Positions 24,450 through 34,187 of a stretch of DNA of 64,000 nucleotides are shown piece by piece. The translations under genes and the position numbers were made by a program. Positions within the stretch are counted from its first letter, which is position 1. Each line of letters opens with the position of its first letter. Source of the stretch: an uncultured Alphaproteobacteria bacterium (GTDB taxonomy: Bacteria; Pseudomonadota; Alphaproteobacteria; HIMB59; GCA-002718135). Where the stretch lies: NCBI GenBank assembly GCA_902580765.1, contig CACHLW010000004.1, forward strand, positions 19,888 to 83,887, given 5' to 3'. Below the pieces are notes generated by a model that saw only the letters and a list, made by a program, of their open reading frames with translations, was not told the origin of the DNA and did no database searches.

Positions 24450-24855
24450 TTTTAATCTCCTTTGCTAGATTTTCTATTTCTTCATCTGATAAAAATTTAG
24501 TTATTTTAATGTCAGTTTTATTTGGTTGTTCAAACATTTTATTTGTATCTTCAAACCTACCTTCTTTAATAGTATCCAGCCAGATAACAAAATCAGGCTC
24601 AAAAGCTTCTCTTGCTTTTTCAGTTGGTGCTACGAAGTCACAAATTACCCATCTTCCATTTTGTTTTTCGAAATCGGCAAATGTTTTCATTCTATTGGCT
24701 TGTCGTATTCTACCTTCCATCGTAAAATCCCAATCGTTTGCTGACTTCCTGACTACATCTGCGTTATACCAAGCACAATTATCAATAACTTTAATAAGCC
24801 TTTCTGCTAACCAAGTTTTGCCAGCACCAGGAAGACCACAAATAAGTATTTTCAT
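24442..24855 (-). CDS. P-loop kinase, adenylylsulfate (APS) kinase-like, short form
   Basis: 137 aa. P-loop GLPGAGKT. NADVVRKSANDWDF...RIRQANRM...ICDFVAP resembles the APS kinase core (LDGDNVR..L..DLGF...R.ENIRR...ISFISP, from memory). Confidence 0.55.
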   Translation of the reverse strand: MKILICGLPGAGKTWLAERLIKVIDNCAWYNADVVRKSANDWDFTMEGRIRQANRMKTFADFEKQNGRWVICDFVAPTEKAREAFEPDFVIWLDTIKEGRFEDTNKMFEQPNKTDIKITKFLSDEEIENLAKEIKNV

Positions 24856-24866
24856 ATAATTATAAT

Positions 24867-25658
24867 TTATATTTTAGCGATAAAATTAGGGTTAATAACA
24901 CTTTCTTTCGTGTTGTATAGTAATATATTTTTATTAAAATCTTTAACTGAACCTCCTGCCTCTTCAAGAATAATATGTCCCGCAGCAATATCCCATTCTG
25001 AAGTTGGACCTAGTCTTGGATAGATATTTGCCTTACTTTCAGCTAAGTAACAAAATTTAAGAGAACTTCCAATTTGGATTAACTCAAAATTATTACAATT
25101 ATCATTTATCCAATTATCAAAATCTTTATTAGAATGTGATCGACTACCAATAACCTTTGTTAAATTACTTTTGTCTTTTACTGAATTTATTTTTATAAAA
25201 TCTTTAGTTGTTTCAATATTTGACTCTGTAATTAATTTATATGCGCCATTGTTTTTTAAAGCATAATAAAGCAAAGACTTAGCAGGCGCATATATAATAC
25301 CAAATATTGGTGAATTATTTTTTATTAATGCAATGTTAACTGTAAATTCTCCATTTTTTTTAATAAATTCTTTAGTTCCATCTAATGGATCTATTAACCA
25401 ATATGAATTCCAAGTTTTTCTTTCTTTCCATTCTATTAGACTTTCTTCACTTAATATAGGAACATTAGGGCTAAAAGATTTTAATCTATTTAAAATTAAA
25501 TTATTTGATTTTATATCAGCTTCGGTAATAGGTGAATTATCATCTTTTATTTCTACATTAAAAGATTTTTTATATACTTTTTGAACTTCCTTACCTGCAT
25601 CTATAGCAGTATTTAATATTTTTAATAAATTTTTTGATTTATGTAATTCTAAGTTCAT
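24867..25658 (-). CDS. cysQ: 3'(2'),5'-bisphosphate nucleotidase (inositol monophosphatase family)
   Basis: WLIDPLDGTKEF and WDIAAGHIILEEAGG motifs, 263 aa. Confidence 0.8.
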   Translation of the reverse strand: MNLELHKSKNLLKILNTAIDAGKEVQKVYKKSFNVEIKDDNSPITEADIKSNNLILNRLKSFSPNVPILSEESLIEWKERKTWNSYWLIDPLDGTKEFIKKNGEFTVNIALIKNNSPIFGIIYAPAKSLLYYALKNNGAYKLITESNIETTKDFIKINSVKDKSNLTKVIGSRSHSNKDFDNWINDNCNNFELIQIGSSLKFCYLAESKANIYPRLGPTSEWDIAAGHIILEEAGGSVKDFNKNILLYNTKESVINPNFIAKI

Positions 25659-25692
25659 GATTCTTTTAACAGAATTTTTTTATTAATTAAAA

Positions 25693-26604
25693 TTATATAT
25701 AAATGAAATACATATATCCAAAATACAAAGTTAATCCAATAATTCCATAAATACGTCCAATTTTTTTTGCAAAAATCATAAACATTAAAATTAATGCTGT
25801 AATTGATAACATGAAGTATAAGTCTTGATTTGCTAAAACTGCAGGAACTTTAAAATTACCAAAAAATGAACTAATACCTAGAACACCTAATACATTATAA
25901 ATATTAGACCCCAGAATATTTCCTAAAGCAAAATCAATTTTTTTTCTAAAGGCAGAAACAATACCAACTGCAAGTTCTGGAAGGGAAGTTCCAAAAGCTA
26001 CTAATGATAATCCAATTACTGAAGCTGGAACATTATAAGTTCTTGCAATATTAATTGCTGAATCAACAAGTAAATCTGCACCAAATACTAAACATGCTAT
26101 ACCTATTATAATTAATATTAATGAGATTGTTATTGAATAATCGTTTTTGTCTATTTCTAAATTATCAATTTCTCCTTTTTTTATTTGAATATACATTAGA
26201 TAAATCAATGATGTAGTTGCAACTAATCCAAAAATAAAATTAAAATAAAAAAAAGTCATAATTATTAATACAATTCCTAAAATAATATTTATCCAAGCTT
26301 GGTTAATTTGATTTTTATTTATATTTACAATTGGAAAAATTAATGTTGTGGTGGCCATTACAAGTATCAAGTTTGCAATATTACTCCCAACTACAGCGCC
26401 TAAAGCAAGATCCGAAAAATCATTAAGAACAGCATTAATGCTACTTGCTAATTCAGGTAATGATGTTCCTCCAGCTACAATTACAACACCAATTGCAAAC
26501 AATGAGATATTAATCTTTCTTCCAAAACTAACTGAACCTCTTATAATTATTTCAGCACCTAAAACTAAAAGCCCTAATCCAATTATCGAAAATAAAATAT
26601 CCAT
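25693..26604 (-). CDS. Ca2+/Na+ antiporter family (CaCA, YrbG-like) membrane protein
   Basis: Two GTSLPEL alpha-repeat motifs (GGTSLPELASS, FGTSLPELAVG), 303 aa, multi-TM. Confidence 0.8.
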   Translation of the reverse strand: MDILFSIIGLGLLVLGAEIIIRGSVSFGRKINISLFAIGVVIVAGGTSLPELASSINAVLNDFSDLALGAVVGSNIANLILVMATTTLIFPIVNINKNQINQAWINIILGIVLIIMTFFYFNFIFGLVATTSLIYLMYIQIKKGEIDNLEIDKNDYSITISLILIIIGIACLVFGADLLVDSAINIARTYNVPASVIGLSLVAFGTSLPELAVGIVSAFRKKIDFALGNILGSNIYNVLGVLGISSFFGNFKVPAVLANQDLYFMLSITALILMFMIFAKKIGRIYGIIGLTLYFGYMYFIYI

Positions 26605-26678
26605 TGAAAATTTTTAATTATTTAAGTTAGTTATATGTTTAAATTAAATAGTATATAATAAATAAATTTTTCTAAATT

Positions 26679-28283
26679 ATGAACCAAAGTTTTGACTATA
26701 TTATTATTGGTGCAGGTACAGCTGGTTGCATATTAGCAAATAGACTTTCAGAGAATGAAAACATTAAAGTACTTTTGATTGAAGCTGGAGGAAAAGATAC
26801 TAATCCTTGGATACATATTCCGGGTGGTTATTTTAAAACAATGCATAATCCTAAAACTGATTGGTGTTTCACAACTGAAGAGGAAAAATTTTGTAATAAT
26901 AGAAAAATGCTTATTCCAAGAGGAAAAACATTGGGTGGAAGTTCATCAATTAATGGGATGTTATATATAAGAGGTCATGCAAATGACTACAATTACTGGA
27001 GACAATTAGGTAATATTGGATGGTCTTGGGAAGACGTATTACCTTACTTTAAAAAATCTGAAGATTACAGAATTTCTAAAAGTGAATTTCATGGTACCAA
27101 TGGACCCATCAAAGTAGAGAAAATTAGATCAAATTTTAAATTATTGGATTTATTTTTAGAGGCCTCTCAAGAATTTGGATACAAAAAAAATGAAGACTTT
27201 AACAATGGTGACAATGAAGGAATGGGTTATTTTCCAATGACAATTGATAAAGGGTATAGATGTAGTGCTGCAGTTGCTTTCTTGAATCCTATAAAAAATA
27301 GAAAAAATTTAAAAATTATAACCAAGGCACATGTTAAAAAATTAACAATTGAAAATTTAAAAGTAAAAACTGTAAATTTATGGAAAAATAATGAAGAATT
27401 TTCATATTCTGTAAATAAAGAAGTTTTATTGTCAGCAGGAACGATTGGATCTCCTCACATATTACAAGCTTCAGGTATTGGTCCAGGTAAATTATTAAAT
27501 GAAAATAATATTAATATTGTAAAAGAAATTAAAGGTGTTGGAAAAAATTTAACCGATCATTTAATGTTAAGACCAGTTTACAAAATTAAAAACTTAGAAA
27601 CATTAAATGATATATATCACAGTTTTACTAAAAAATTTTTAACAGGATTAAATTATTTAATTTATAAAAAAGGACCTTTAACAGTTGGAGCAAGTTACTT
27701 GTGCGGCTTTATTAAAAGTGATTCGTATTTAGAAAACCCAAATCTACAATTTCATATCTCACCAGCTAGCACTGATTTATTAGGAAAAGCAGATCTACAT
27801 AAATTTCCAGCATTCACTCCTACAATAACAAATATACAACCTACGAGTAGAGGCTCTGTAGAAATTAAATCTTCAGATACAAGAATTTATCCTCAAATAA
27901 AAATGAACTATTTATCTACTGATGAAGATAGGGAAATTGCAGGAAAATCAATTAAAATTGTAAGAAAAATAGTTTTAGAATCAAAAGCATATAAAAATTA
28001 TGAACCAGAAGAATATAGACCGGGAATACAATTTAAAGATAATCAATCTCTAGCAAAAGAAGCGGGTAAATTTGCAAACACTATTTTTCATCCAGTAAGT
28101 ACCTGTAAAATGGGTAATGATGAAAACTCAGTTGTAAGTGATAATCTTAAAGTAAAAGGAATAAACAACTTAAGAGTTGTTGATGCATCTGTGATGCCAA
28201 CTATAACTTCAGGTAATACTAATGCCCCTACTATGATGATTGCTGAAAAAGCATCAGACTTAATTATTAACGATCAGAAATAA
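26679..28283 (+). CDS. GMC-family FAD oxidoreductase (choline dehydrogenase-like)
   Basis: DYIIIGAGTAGCILANRLSE, GGSSSINGM and the C-terminal HPVSTCKMG, 534 aa. Confidence 0.85.
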   Translation: MNQSFDYIIIGAGTAGCILANRLSENENIKVLLIEAGGKDTNPWIHIPGGYFKTMHNPKTDWCFTTEEEKFCNNRKMLIPRGKTLGGSSSINGMLYIRGHANDYNYWRQLGNIGWSWEDVLPYFKKSEDYRISKSEFHGTNGPIKVEKIRSNFKLLDLFLEASQEFGYKKNEDFNNGDNEGMGYFPMTIDKGYRCSAAVAFLNPIKNRKNLKIITKAHVKKLTIENLKVKTVNLWKNNEEFSYSVNKEVLLSAGTIGSPHILQASGIGPGKLLNENNINIVKEIKGVGKNLTDHLMLRPVYKIKNLETLNDIYHSFTKKFLTGLNYLIYKKGPLTVGASYLCGFIKSDSYLENPNLQFHISPASTDLLGKADLHKFPAFTPTITNIQPTSRGSVEIKSSDTRIYPQIKMNYLSTDEDREIAGKSIKIVRKIVLESKAYKNYEPEEYRPGIQFKDNQSLAKEAGKFANTIFHPVSTCKMGNDENSVVSDNLKVKGINNLRVVDASVMPTITSGNTNAPTMMIAEKASDLIINDQK

Positions 28284-30053
28284 TTATTGAACTACTGTAT
28301 CTTTTGGATCAATTCCAGCAACTTCAACTGGGGCCTTCATAGCATCTCGTCTAAAAGGTTCTCCTAGTTCTTGATTTAACATAACTTCTATGAAAGTAGT
28401 TATACCTTCCATTTGATCCTTGCAAGATTGTTGCAAAGCTTCTGTTAGTTCCTCTTGAGTATGAACCTTGACACCTTTAAATCCGCACGCTTCTGCGATC
28501 TTTGCATAGCTTAATTTAGGATCAAGTTCTGTTCCAACAAAATTATTATTATACCAGAGTGTAGTGTTTCTTTTCTCCGCTCCCCATTGATAATTTCTAA
28601 AAATTATCATTGTAATATTTGGCCAACCTTCTCTATTACAAGAAGTCATCTCACTCATACTAATTCCAAATGCGCCGTCACCTGCAAAGCCAACAACTGG
28701 TGTATTAGGACAACCAATCTTTGCTCCAATTACAGATGGAAAACCATATCCACATGGCCCAAATAAACCAGGTGCCAAATACTTTCTACCATTATCAAAT
28801 GTTGGATAAGCGTTACCAATTGCACAATTATTTCCTATATCACTTGATATAATTGCATCTTCAGGAAGACCTGCTTGAATAGCTCGCCATGCCATTCTTG
28901 GTGACATTTTTTCTGGTTCTCTATCTCGTGAATCTTTATTCCAAGATGTGCCAGGATCATCTTCTTCATGATCAAGGCCAGTTAATGTTTGAAGCCAAGC
29001 TGACTTTGTCTTATGAATTAACTCCTCTCGTTCTTTTCTATCTTTATCACCTGCATTTGTTGTAAGGTTTTCTAAAATTTGTTCAGCAACTAGTTTTGCA
29101 TCTCCACAAATACCAACACTTATTTTTTTTGTTAAACCAATACGATCAGAATTGATATCAACTTGAATGACATCAGCATTTTTTGGCCAATAATCTATTC
29201 CATAACCTGGTAAAGTTGAGAAGGGGTTTAATCTTGTGCCAAGTGCTAAAACTACATCTGCTTTAGATATTATTTCCATTGCTGCTTTAGATCCGTTGTA
29301 TCCTAAGGGACCAACTGCAAGAGGATGTTTGCCAGGAAAACTATCATTGTGTTGGTATCCGCAAGCAACTGGAGCACTTAATTTTTCTGCAAGTTTTTTG
29401 CAATCATTAATAGCATCAGCTAAAATCACTCCAGCACCAGATAAAATGACTGGGAATTTTGCATTAGATAAAAGATAAGCAGCTTCTTTAATTGCCTCTA
29501 TTCCACCTGAAGGTCTTTCAAATTTAATTATAGGTGGCAGATCAATATCAACAACTTGAGTCCAAAAATCTCTTGGTATATTTAATTGAGCAGGAGCAGA
29601 TCCTTTAATAGCTTTTGAAATAACTCGATTTAAAACTTCTGCAACTCTGGAAGGATCTCTTACTTCTTCTTGATAACATACCATATCTTTAAATAAGTTC
29701 ATTTGCTCGACTTCTTGAAAACCTCCTTGACCAATAGTTTTATTGGCTGCTTGAGGGGTAACCAAGAGCATTGGAGTATGATTCCAAAAAGCAGTTTTTA
29801 TAGGTGTAACCAAGCCAGTTATACCAGGTCCATTTTGCGCAATACACATTGCAATTTTACCAGTAGATCTTGTGTAGCCATCAGCCATAATTCCACCGTT
29901 TGACTCATGAGCAACATCCCAAAATGTTATACCAGCTTTAGGAAATAGATCTGATATTGGCATAAACGCTGATCCAATTATTCCAAAAGCGTGTTGAATA
30001 CCGTGTTTTTGTAAAACTTTTACAAAAGCTTCTTCTGTTGTCATTTTTGCCAT
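28284..30053 (-). CDS. xsc: Sulfoacetaldehyde acetyltransferase (ThDP-dependent)
   Basis: 589 aa. The N-terminus MAKMTTEEAFVKVLQKHGIQHAFGIIGSAFMPISDLFPKAGITFWD is very close to what I remember of characterised Xsc. ThDP motif GDGAFG. Confidence 0.8.
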   Translation of the reverse strand: MAKMTTEEAFVKVLQKHGIQHAFGIIGSAFMPISDLFPKAGITFWDVAHESNGGIMADGYTRSTGKIAMCIAQNGPGITGLVTPIKTAFWNHTPMLLVTPQAANKTIGQGGFQEVEQMNLFKDMVCYQEEVRDPSRVAEVLNRVISKAIKGSAPAQLNIPRDFWTQVVDIDLPPIIKFERPSGGIEAIKEAAYLLSNAKFPVILSGAGVILADAINDCKKLAEKLSAPVACGYQHNDSFPGKHPLAVGPLGYNGSKAAMEIISKADVVLALGTRLNPFSTLPGYGIDYWPKNADVIQVDINSDRIGLTKKISVGICGDAKLVAEQILENLTTNAGDKDRKEREELIHKTKSAWLQTLTGLDHEEDDPGTSWNKDSRDREPEKMSPRMAWRAIQAGLPEDAIISSDIGNNCAIGNAYPTFDNGRKYLAPGLFGPCGYGFPSVIGAKIGCPNTPVVGFAGDGAFGISMSEMTSCNREGWPNITMIIFRNYQWGAEKRNTTLWYNNNFVGTELDPKLSYAKIAEACGFKGVKVHTQEELTEALQQSCKDQMEGITTFIEVMLNQELGEPFRRDAMKAPVEVAGIDPKDTVVQ

Positions 30054-30185
30054 AATAATCCCTTAATATATTATTCTTAGCTACATTAAATTAATTTTTA
30101 AATGAACTACAATAATCTTGTTAGTTATTTATTAATTTTATAAAATTCCTATTTAATGAAAAAATAATTATTTACGATTGATAAA

Positions 30186-32018
30186 ATGACGCTTCTTGGA
30201 CAAGAGATTATTAAGGCTACATCTAAAACTTTGCCTAACCAACCTGGTGTATACCAGATGCAAGATGAAAATGGTAACATTCTATATATTGGAAAAGCAA
30301 AAGTATTATCCAATAGAGTAAAGAATTATCTATCTTTAAATAACCTAACCAGAAGAATTCAAAGAATGGTTAGTCTAACTAAATCAATGAACTTCTTTGT
30401 AACAAATACAGAGTTAGAAGCAATCATACTTGAATGTAATTTAATTAAGAAACATAAACCTCGATTTAATGTTCTATTAAGAGACGATAAATCATTCCCT
30501 TATATATTTATTTCATCTGAACATGATTTTCCTAGAATTGAAAAACATCGTGGCCCTCAAAAGAAAAAGGGTAGATATTACGGACCATTTGCAAGTCCAG
30601 ATGCTGTAAATAGAACTATTAATACAATACAACGAATATTTCTTTTAAGGTCATGCACGGATAAAGAGGTAAATGCAGGAAATAAATTGTGCTTCAATTA
30701 TTATCTTAAAAGATGTTCTGGTCCTTGCGGAGGAAAAATAACTAAAGAAGCCTATTCAAAATTAATAGAGGAAGCAGATGATTTTTTAAGTAGTGGCAAT
30801 TCTCAAAAAATACAAAAAAATTTTACAGATCAAATGTATAAGGCATCAAAAAAAAATAATTTTGAATTAGCAGCATCTTTAAGAGATAGACTTAAAGCTT
30901 TAAGACATATTGAACAAAATAATTCAATTAAGATTAAGGATATAAAAAATGCTGACATTTTTGCAATAACAACAAATGAAGGAAAAACATGTATTTATGG
31001 AAGTTTTTTTAGAAATAATACATCTTATGGTGGTAAAGCGTTCTATCCAGATCATGACAACTTATTGGATCACGAAGAAATAATGTTAGGTTTCCTAAAT
31101 ATATTTTATGCAGAAAAAGATATCCCTGAAACAATTATTACCAATATAGTTATTGATAAAGATAATAATTCACAAATTTTAGGAAAAAATTTTGATAAAA
31201 CAAAATTTATTAAACCATTAAAAGGACCTAAAAAAAATTTACTTAAATTTGCAGAAAAAAATTCTAAAATAAATTTAGATATCAAATTAAATAAACTTAA
31301 ATCTTTTGATAATTTTAATGAAGAAATTAAAAAAATATTCAAACTCAAAGATGAAATTATAAAAATAGAAGCTTACGATAATAGTCATACTTTTGGAAAA
31401 TATCCTATAGGTGTAATGGTTGCGTATAATCAAAATGGATTTATAAAATCAAATTATAGAAAATTTAATATTCGATTTGATCTTGAAGAAAACAAAAATA
31501 AAGTTGATGACTATTATATGATGAAAGAAATGCTTACTAGGAGATTTAGTAATTCAAAATTTCAAGACGAATTGGATTTGCCAAGTTTATTGCTTATAGA
31601 TGGAGGCAAAGGACAATATAATTCTGCAAAAAAAGTATTAGATAATTTAAAAATAGATATACCAATTATCTCTATGGCAAAAGGTGAGGAAAGAGATGCA
31701 GGAAGAGAAATTCTGATACATGATAAATTTACACATAGATTAAACGAAAATAATCCACTTCTTCACTTTTTACAAAATATTAGAGACGAAGTTCACAGAT
31801 TTGCAATAACAACACATCGTTCAAAAAGAGCAAAGATGAGCGTCAAATCTGTATTTGATGATATAGAAGGAGTAGGTCCTGAAAGAAAGAAAATTTTAAA
31901 AAAACACTTTGGTACAGTGGAAAATTTAAAATTAGCTAGTTTAGATGAATTAAAAGAGGTTAAATCTATACCTGAGTCAATTCTAACAAAAATTTATGAA
32001 TATTTTCATAGCGTTTAA
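30186..32018 (+). CDS. uvrC: Excinuclease ABC subunit C
   Basis: GIY-YIG N-terminus (GVYQMQDENGNILYIGKA), central UVR domain, C-terminal HhH, 610 aa. Confidence 0.95.
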   Translation: MTLLGQEIIKATSKTLPNQPGVYQMQDENGNILYIGKAKVLSNRVKNYLSLNNLTRRIQRMVSLTKSMNFFVTNTELEAIILECNLIKKHKPRFNVLLRDDKSFPYIFISSEHDFPRIEKHRGPQKKKGRYYGPFASPDAVNRTINTIQRIFLLRSCTDKEVNAGNKLCFNYYLKRCSGPCGGKITKEAYSKLIEEADDFLSSGNSQKIQKNFTDQMYKASKKNNFELAASLRDRLKALRHIEQNNSIKIKDIKNADIFAITTNEGKTCIYGSFFRNNTSYGGKAFYPDHDNLLDHEEIMLGFLNIFYAEKDIPETIITNIVIDKDNNSQILGKNFDKTKFIKPLKGPKKNLLKFAEKNSKINLDIKLNKLKSFDNFNEEIKKIFKLKDEIIKIEAYDNSHTFGKYPIGVMVAYNQNGFIKSNYRKFNIRFDLEENKNKVDDYYMMKEMLTRRFSNSKFQDELDLPSLLLIDGGKGQYNSAKKVLDNLKIDIPIISMAKGEERDAGREILIHDKFTHRLNENNPLLHFLQNIRDEVHRFAITTHRSKRAKMSVKSVFDDIEGVGPERKKILKKHFGTVENLKLASLDELKEVKSIPESILTKIYEYFHSV

Positions 32019-32045
32019 AAAATTCTTAATCTACATAGAATAGAA

Positions 32046-32588
32046 ATGAATATATCAAATATTCTAACTATAATTAGAATAGCTATAATCCCAATTATAG
32101 TTCTTTGTATATATCTTACGAATCCATATTTTGGCTGGATTGCCTTTATATTATTTTGTTTAGCTGGGATAACAGATTACTTTGATGGTTATTTAGCAAG
32201 GCTAAGAAATGAAGTGACAAATTTTGGGACATTTTTAGATCCAATTGCAGATAAATTATTAGTAGCAGCAGTTATTCTTATTTTAACTTCTAAGGGTGTA
32301 ATTAAAGACTGGGATACTATTCCAGCTCTAATAATATTATTAAGAGAAATAACAGTCTCAGGTTTAAGGGAATACTTAGCTGGGATAAAAATTAGTATAC
32401 CAGTTTCAAGAATTGCAAAAGCAAAAACCTTCCTTCAGCTAGCATCGCTTGGATTACTTATTTTATCTGAAAGTAATTTAAATTTATTATTTATTATTTA
32501 TTTAGGAAAAACTTTTCTATGGATTGCTGGAATTCTAACTCTTTATACAGCTTATGATTATATTAAAGGATCAATAAAACATTTTTAA
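32046..32588 (+). CDS. pgsA: CDP-diacylglycerol--glycerol-3-phosphate 3-phosphatidyltransferase
   Basis: CDP-alcohol phosphatidyltransferase motif DYFDGYLAR...G..LDPIADK, 180 aa. Confidence 0.85.
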   Translation: MNISNILTIIRIAIIPIIVLCIYLTNPYFGWIAFILFCLAGITDYFDGYLARLRNEVTNFGTFLDPIADKLLVAAVILILTSKGVIKDWDTIPALIILLREITVSGLREYLAGIKISIPVSRIAKAKTFLQLASLGLLILSESNLNLLFIIYLGKTFLWIAGILTLYTAYDYIKGSIKHF

Positions 32589-32589
32589 A

Positions 32590-32835
32590 ATGAGAATTCG
32601 ATATTTTGCTTGGATTAAGGATATAACAAATAAAGATCATGACATAATTGATATAAATCATCCTAAAAACATAAAAGAATTAAAAAAATATTTAGAAAAT
32701 TTATATCCTGAACTAAAAAAACATTTTTTACAAAATGTCTTAAGATTTGCAGTTAATCAGGAATATGTTTCAGAAAACTTGAATTTAAAACCAACTGATG
32801 AAATTGCAATCTTTCCACCGGTTAGTGGTGGGTAA
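32590..32835 (+). CDS. moaD: Molybdopterin synthase sulfur-carrier subunit
   Basis: 81 aa ubiquitin-like protein ending in GG, immediately upstream of moaE. Confidence 0.8.
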   Translation: MRIRYFAWIKDITNKDHDIIDINHPKNIKELKKYLENLYPELKKHFLQNVLRFAVNQEYVSENLNLKPTDEIAIFPPVSGG

Positions 32836-33251
32836 TGATAAAAATTCAAAAAAAAAATTTTAATTTAGAAGAAGAAATTGAGAAAATTAAAAATAAACAC
32901 TCTGACATAGGAGCTCTTACTTCTTTTGTTGGTTATGTAAGAGATTTAAATAACAATAAAGATGTTAAATATTTAAATTTAGAAGTTTATGAAGAGATGG
33001 CATTTAAAGAATTATCAAAAATTGAAAATAACGCTACTAAAAAATGGAGTTTAATTGATACTTTGATAATTCATAGATATGGAAAATTAATCGTTAATGA
33101 AAAAATTGTTTTAGTATGTTGTTTTTCACACCATAGAAAAAATAGTTTTGAAGCTTGTGAGTTTATTATGGACTATTTAAAAAAAGAAGCTCCTTTCTGG
33201 AAAAATGAATTTTATTATAAAGATGATGAATGGTTAGAAAATTCTAGCTAG
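32835..33251 (+). CDS. moaE: Molybdopterin synthase catalytic subunit
   Basis: 138 aa. GALTSFVGYVRD and APFWKNE segments are typical of MoaE. Its start overlaps the moaD stop by 1 nt. Confidence 0.85.
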   Translation: MIKIQKKNFNLEEEIEKIKNKHSDIGALTSFVGYVRDLNNNKDVKYLNLEVYEEMAFKELSKIENNATKKWSLIDTLIIHRYGKLIVNEKIVLVCCFSHHRKNSFEACEFIMDYLKKEAPFWKNEFYYKDDEWLENSS

Positions 33252-34128
33252 CGTTTTTAACCATATCACTAAAATCATTCATAAATTTAAAAGTAGTAGT
33301 ATTATCACCAGTATTATATTTAAAATCATCAATGGATTTAATAGGGGTAATTTCTGCAGCAGTTCCTGTTAAAAAAGCTTCATCATAATTTCCAATTTCA
33401 TCAGGCATTAAATGCTTTTCTGTTATTTCAAAACCTTGATTAGTTGCCATTTCAATAACTGTTTGACGTGTAATCCCATTAAGAAAACAATCTGGAATAG
33501 GAGTATGGATATTATTGCCTTTAATAAAAAATATGTTTGCACCTGTTCCTTCAGCAACATAACCTCTGTAATCTAGCATCAAGGCATCGTGATAACCTTT
33601 TTTTTCAGCAAATTCTTTTGACAGAGTACAAATAATGTAGGGTCCAGAAGCTTTTGCTTCATATGGAGCAGTATCTGGTGCAGGTCTTTTCCAAGGAGAT
33701 GTAATTAATCTCAAACCTGCTTTTTGATCTTCAATTTTAAAATAAGTTGCCCAATCATCCCAAACAGCAATGGCTACATTGATGTTCGATTTACCTGTTG
33801 ATAGACCCATCTGATCTCCGCCTCTCCAAGCAAGTGGTCTTACATAACAATTTTTATAATTCATTTTATTAATAAGTTCATATTTTGCTTTATTAATTTG
33901 ATCATGCGTGAAAGGAATTTCCATTCCAATTATTTCAGCAGATTTAAAAAACCTTTTAGTATGTTCGTCTGATTTAAAAATTTTACCATTGTAGGCCCTT
34001 TCACCCTCAAATACTGCACTTGCATAATGAAGACCTTGTGAGATTACATGGGAATTTGCATCTTGCCATGGAATTATTTTACCATTCATCCAAATCCATC
34101 CATCCCTATTTTCAAATGATTTAAACAT
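33244..34128 (-). CDS. ilvE: Branched-chain amino acid aminotransferase
   Basis: 294 aa class-IV aminotransferase (HYASAVFEGERAY, EGTGANIFF, LNGITR). Confidence 0.9.
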   Translation of the reverse strand: MFKSFENRDGWIWMNGKIIPWQDANSHVISQGLHYASAVFEGERAYNGKIFKSDEHTKRFFKSAEIIGMEIPFTHDQINKAKYELINKMNYKNCYVRPLAWRGGDQMGLSTGKSNINVAIAVWDDWATYFKIEDQKAGLRLITSPWKRPAPDTAPYEAKASGPYIICTLSKEFAEKKGYHDALMLDYRGYVAEGTGANIFFIKGNNIHTPIPDCFLNGITRQTVIEMATNQGFEITEKHLMPDEIGNYDEAFLTGTAAEITPIKSIDDFKYNTGDNTTTFKFMNDFSDMVKNAS

Positions 34129-34187
34129 ATTTTTTATTATCTTTTTTTAATGACAATTGACTATCAGTGATGCATAATTAAGTCAAT

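Noticed and set aside
24398-24859. 153-aa plus-strand ORF
   Set aside because: It is the mirror of the kinase and nucleotidyltransferase genes, which carry clear P-loop and HxGH motifs on the minus strand.
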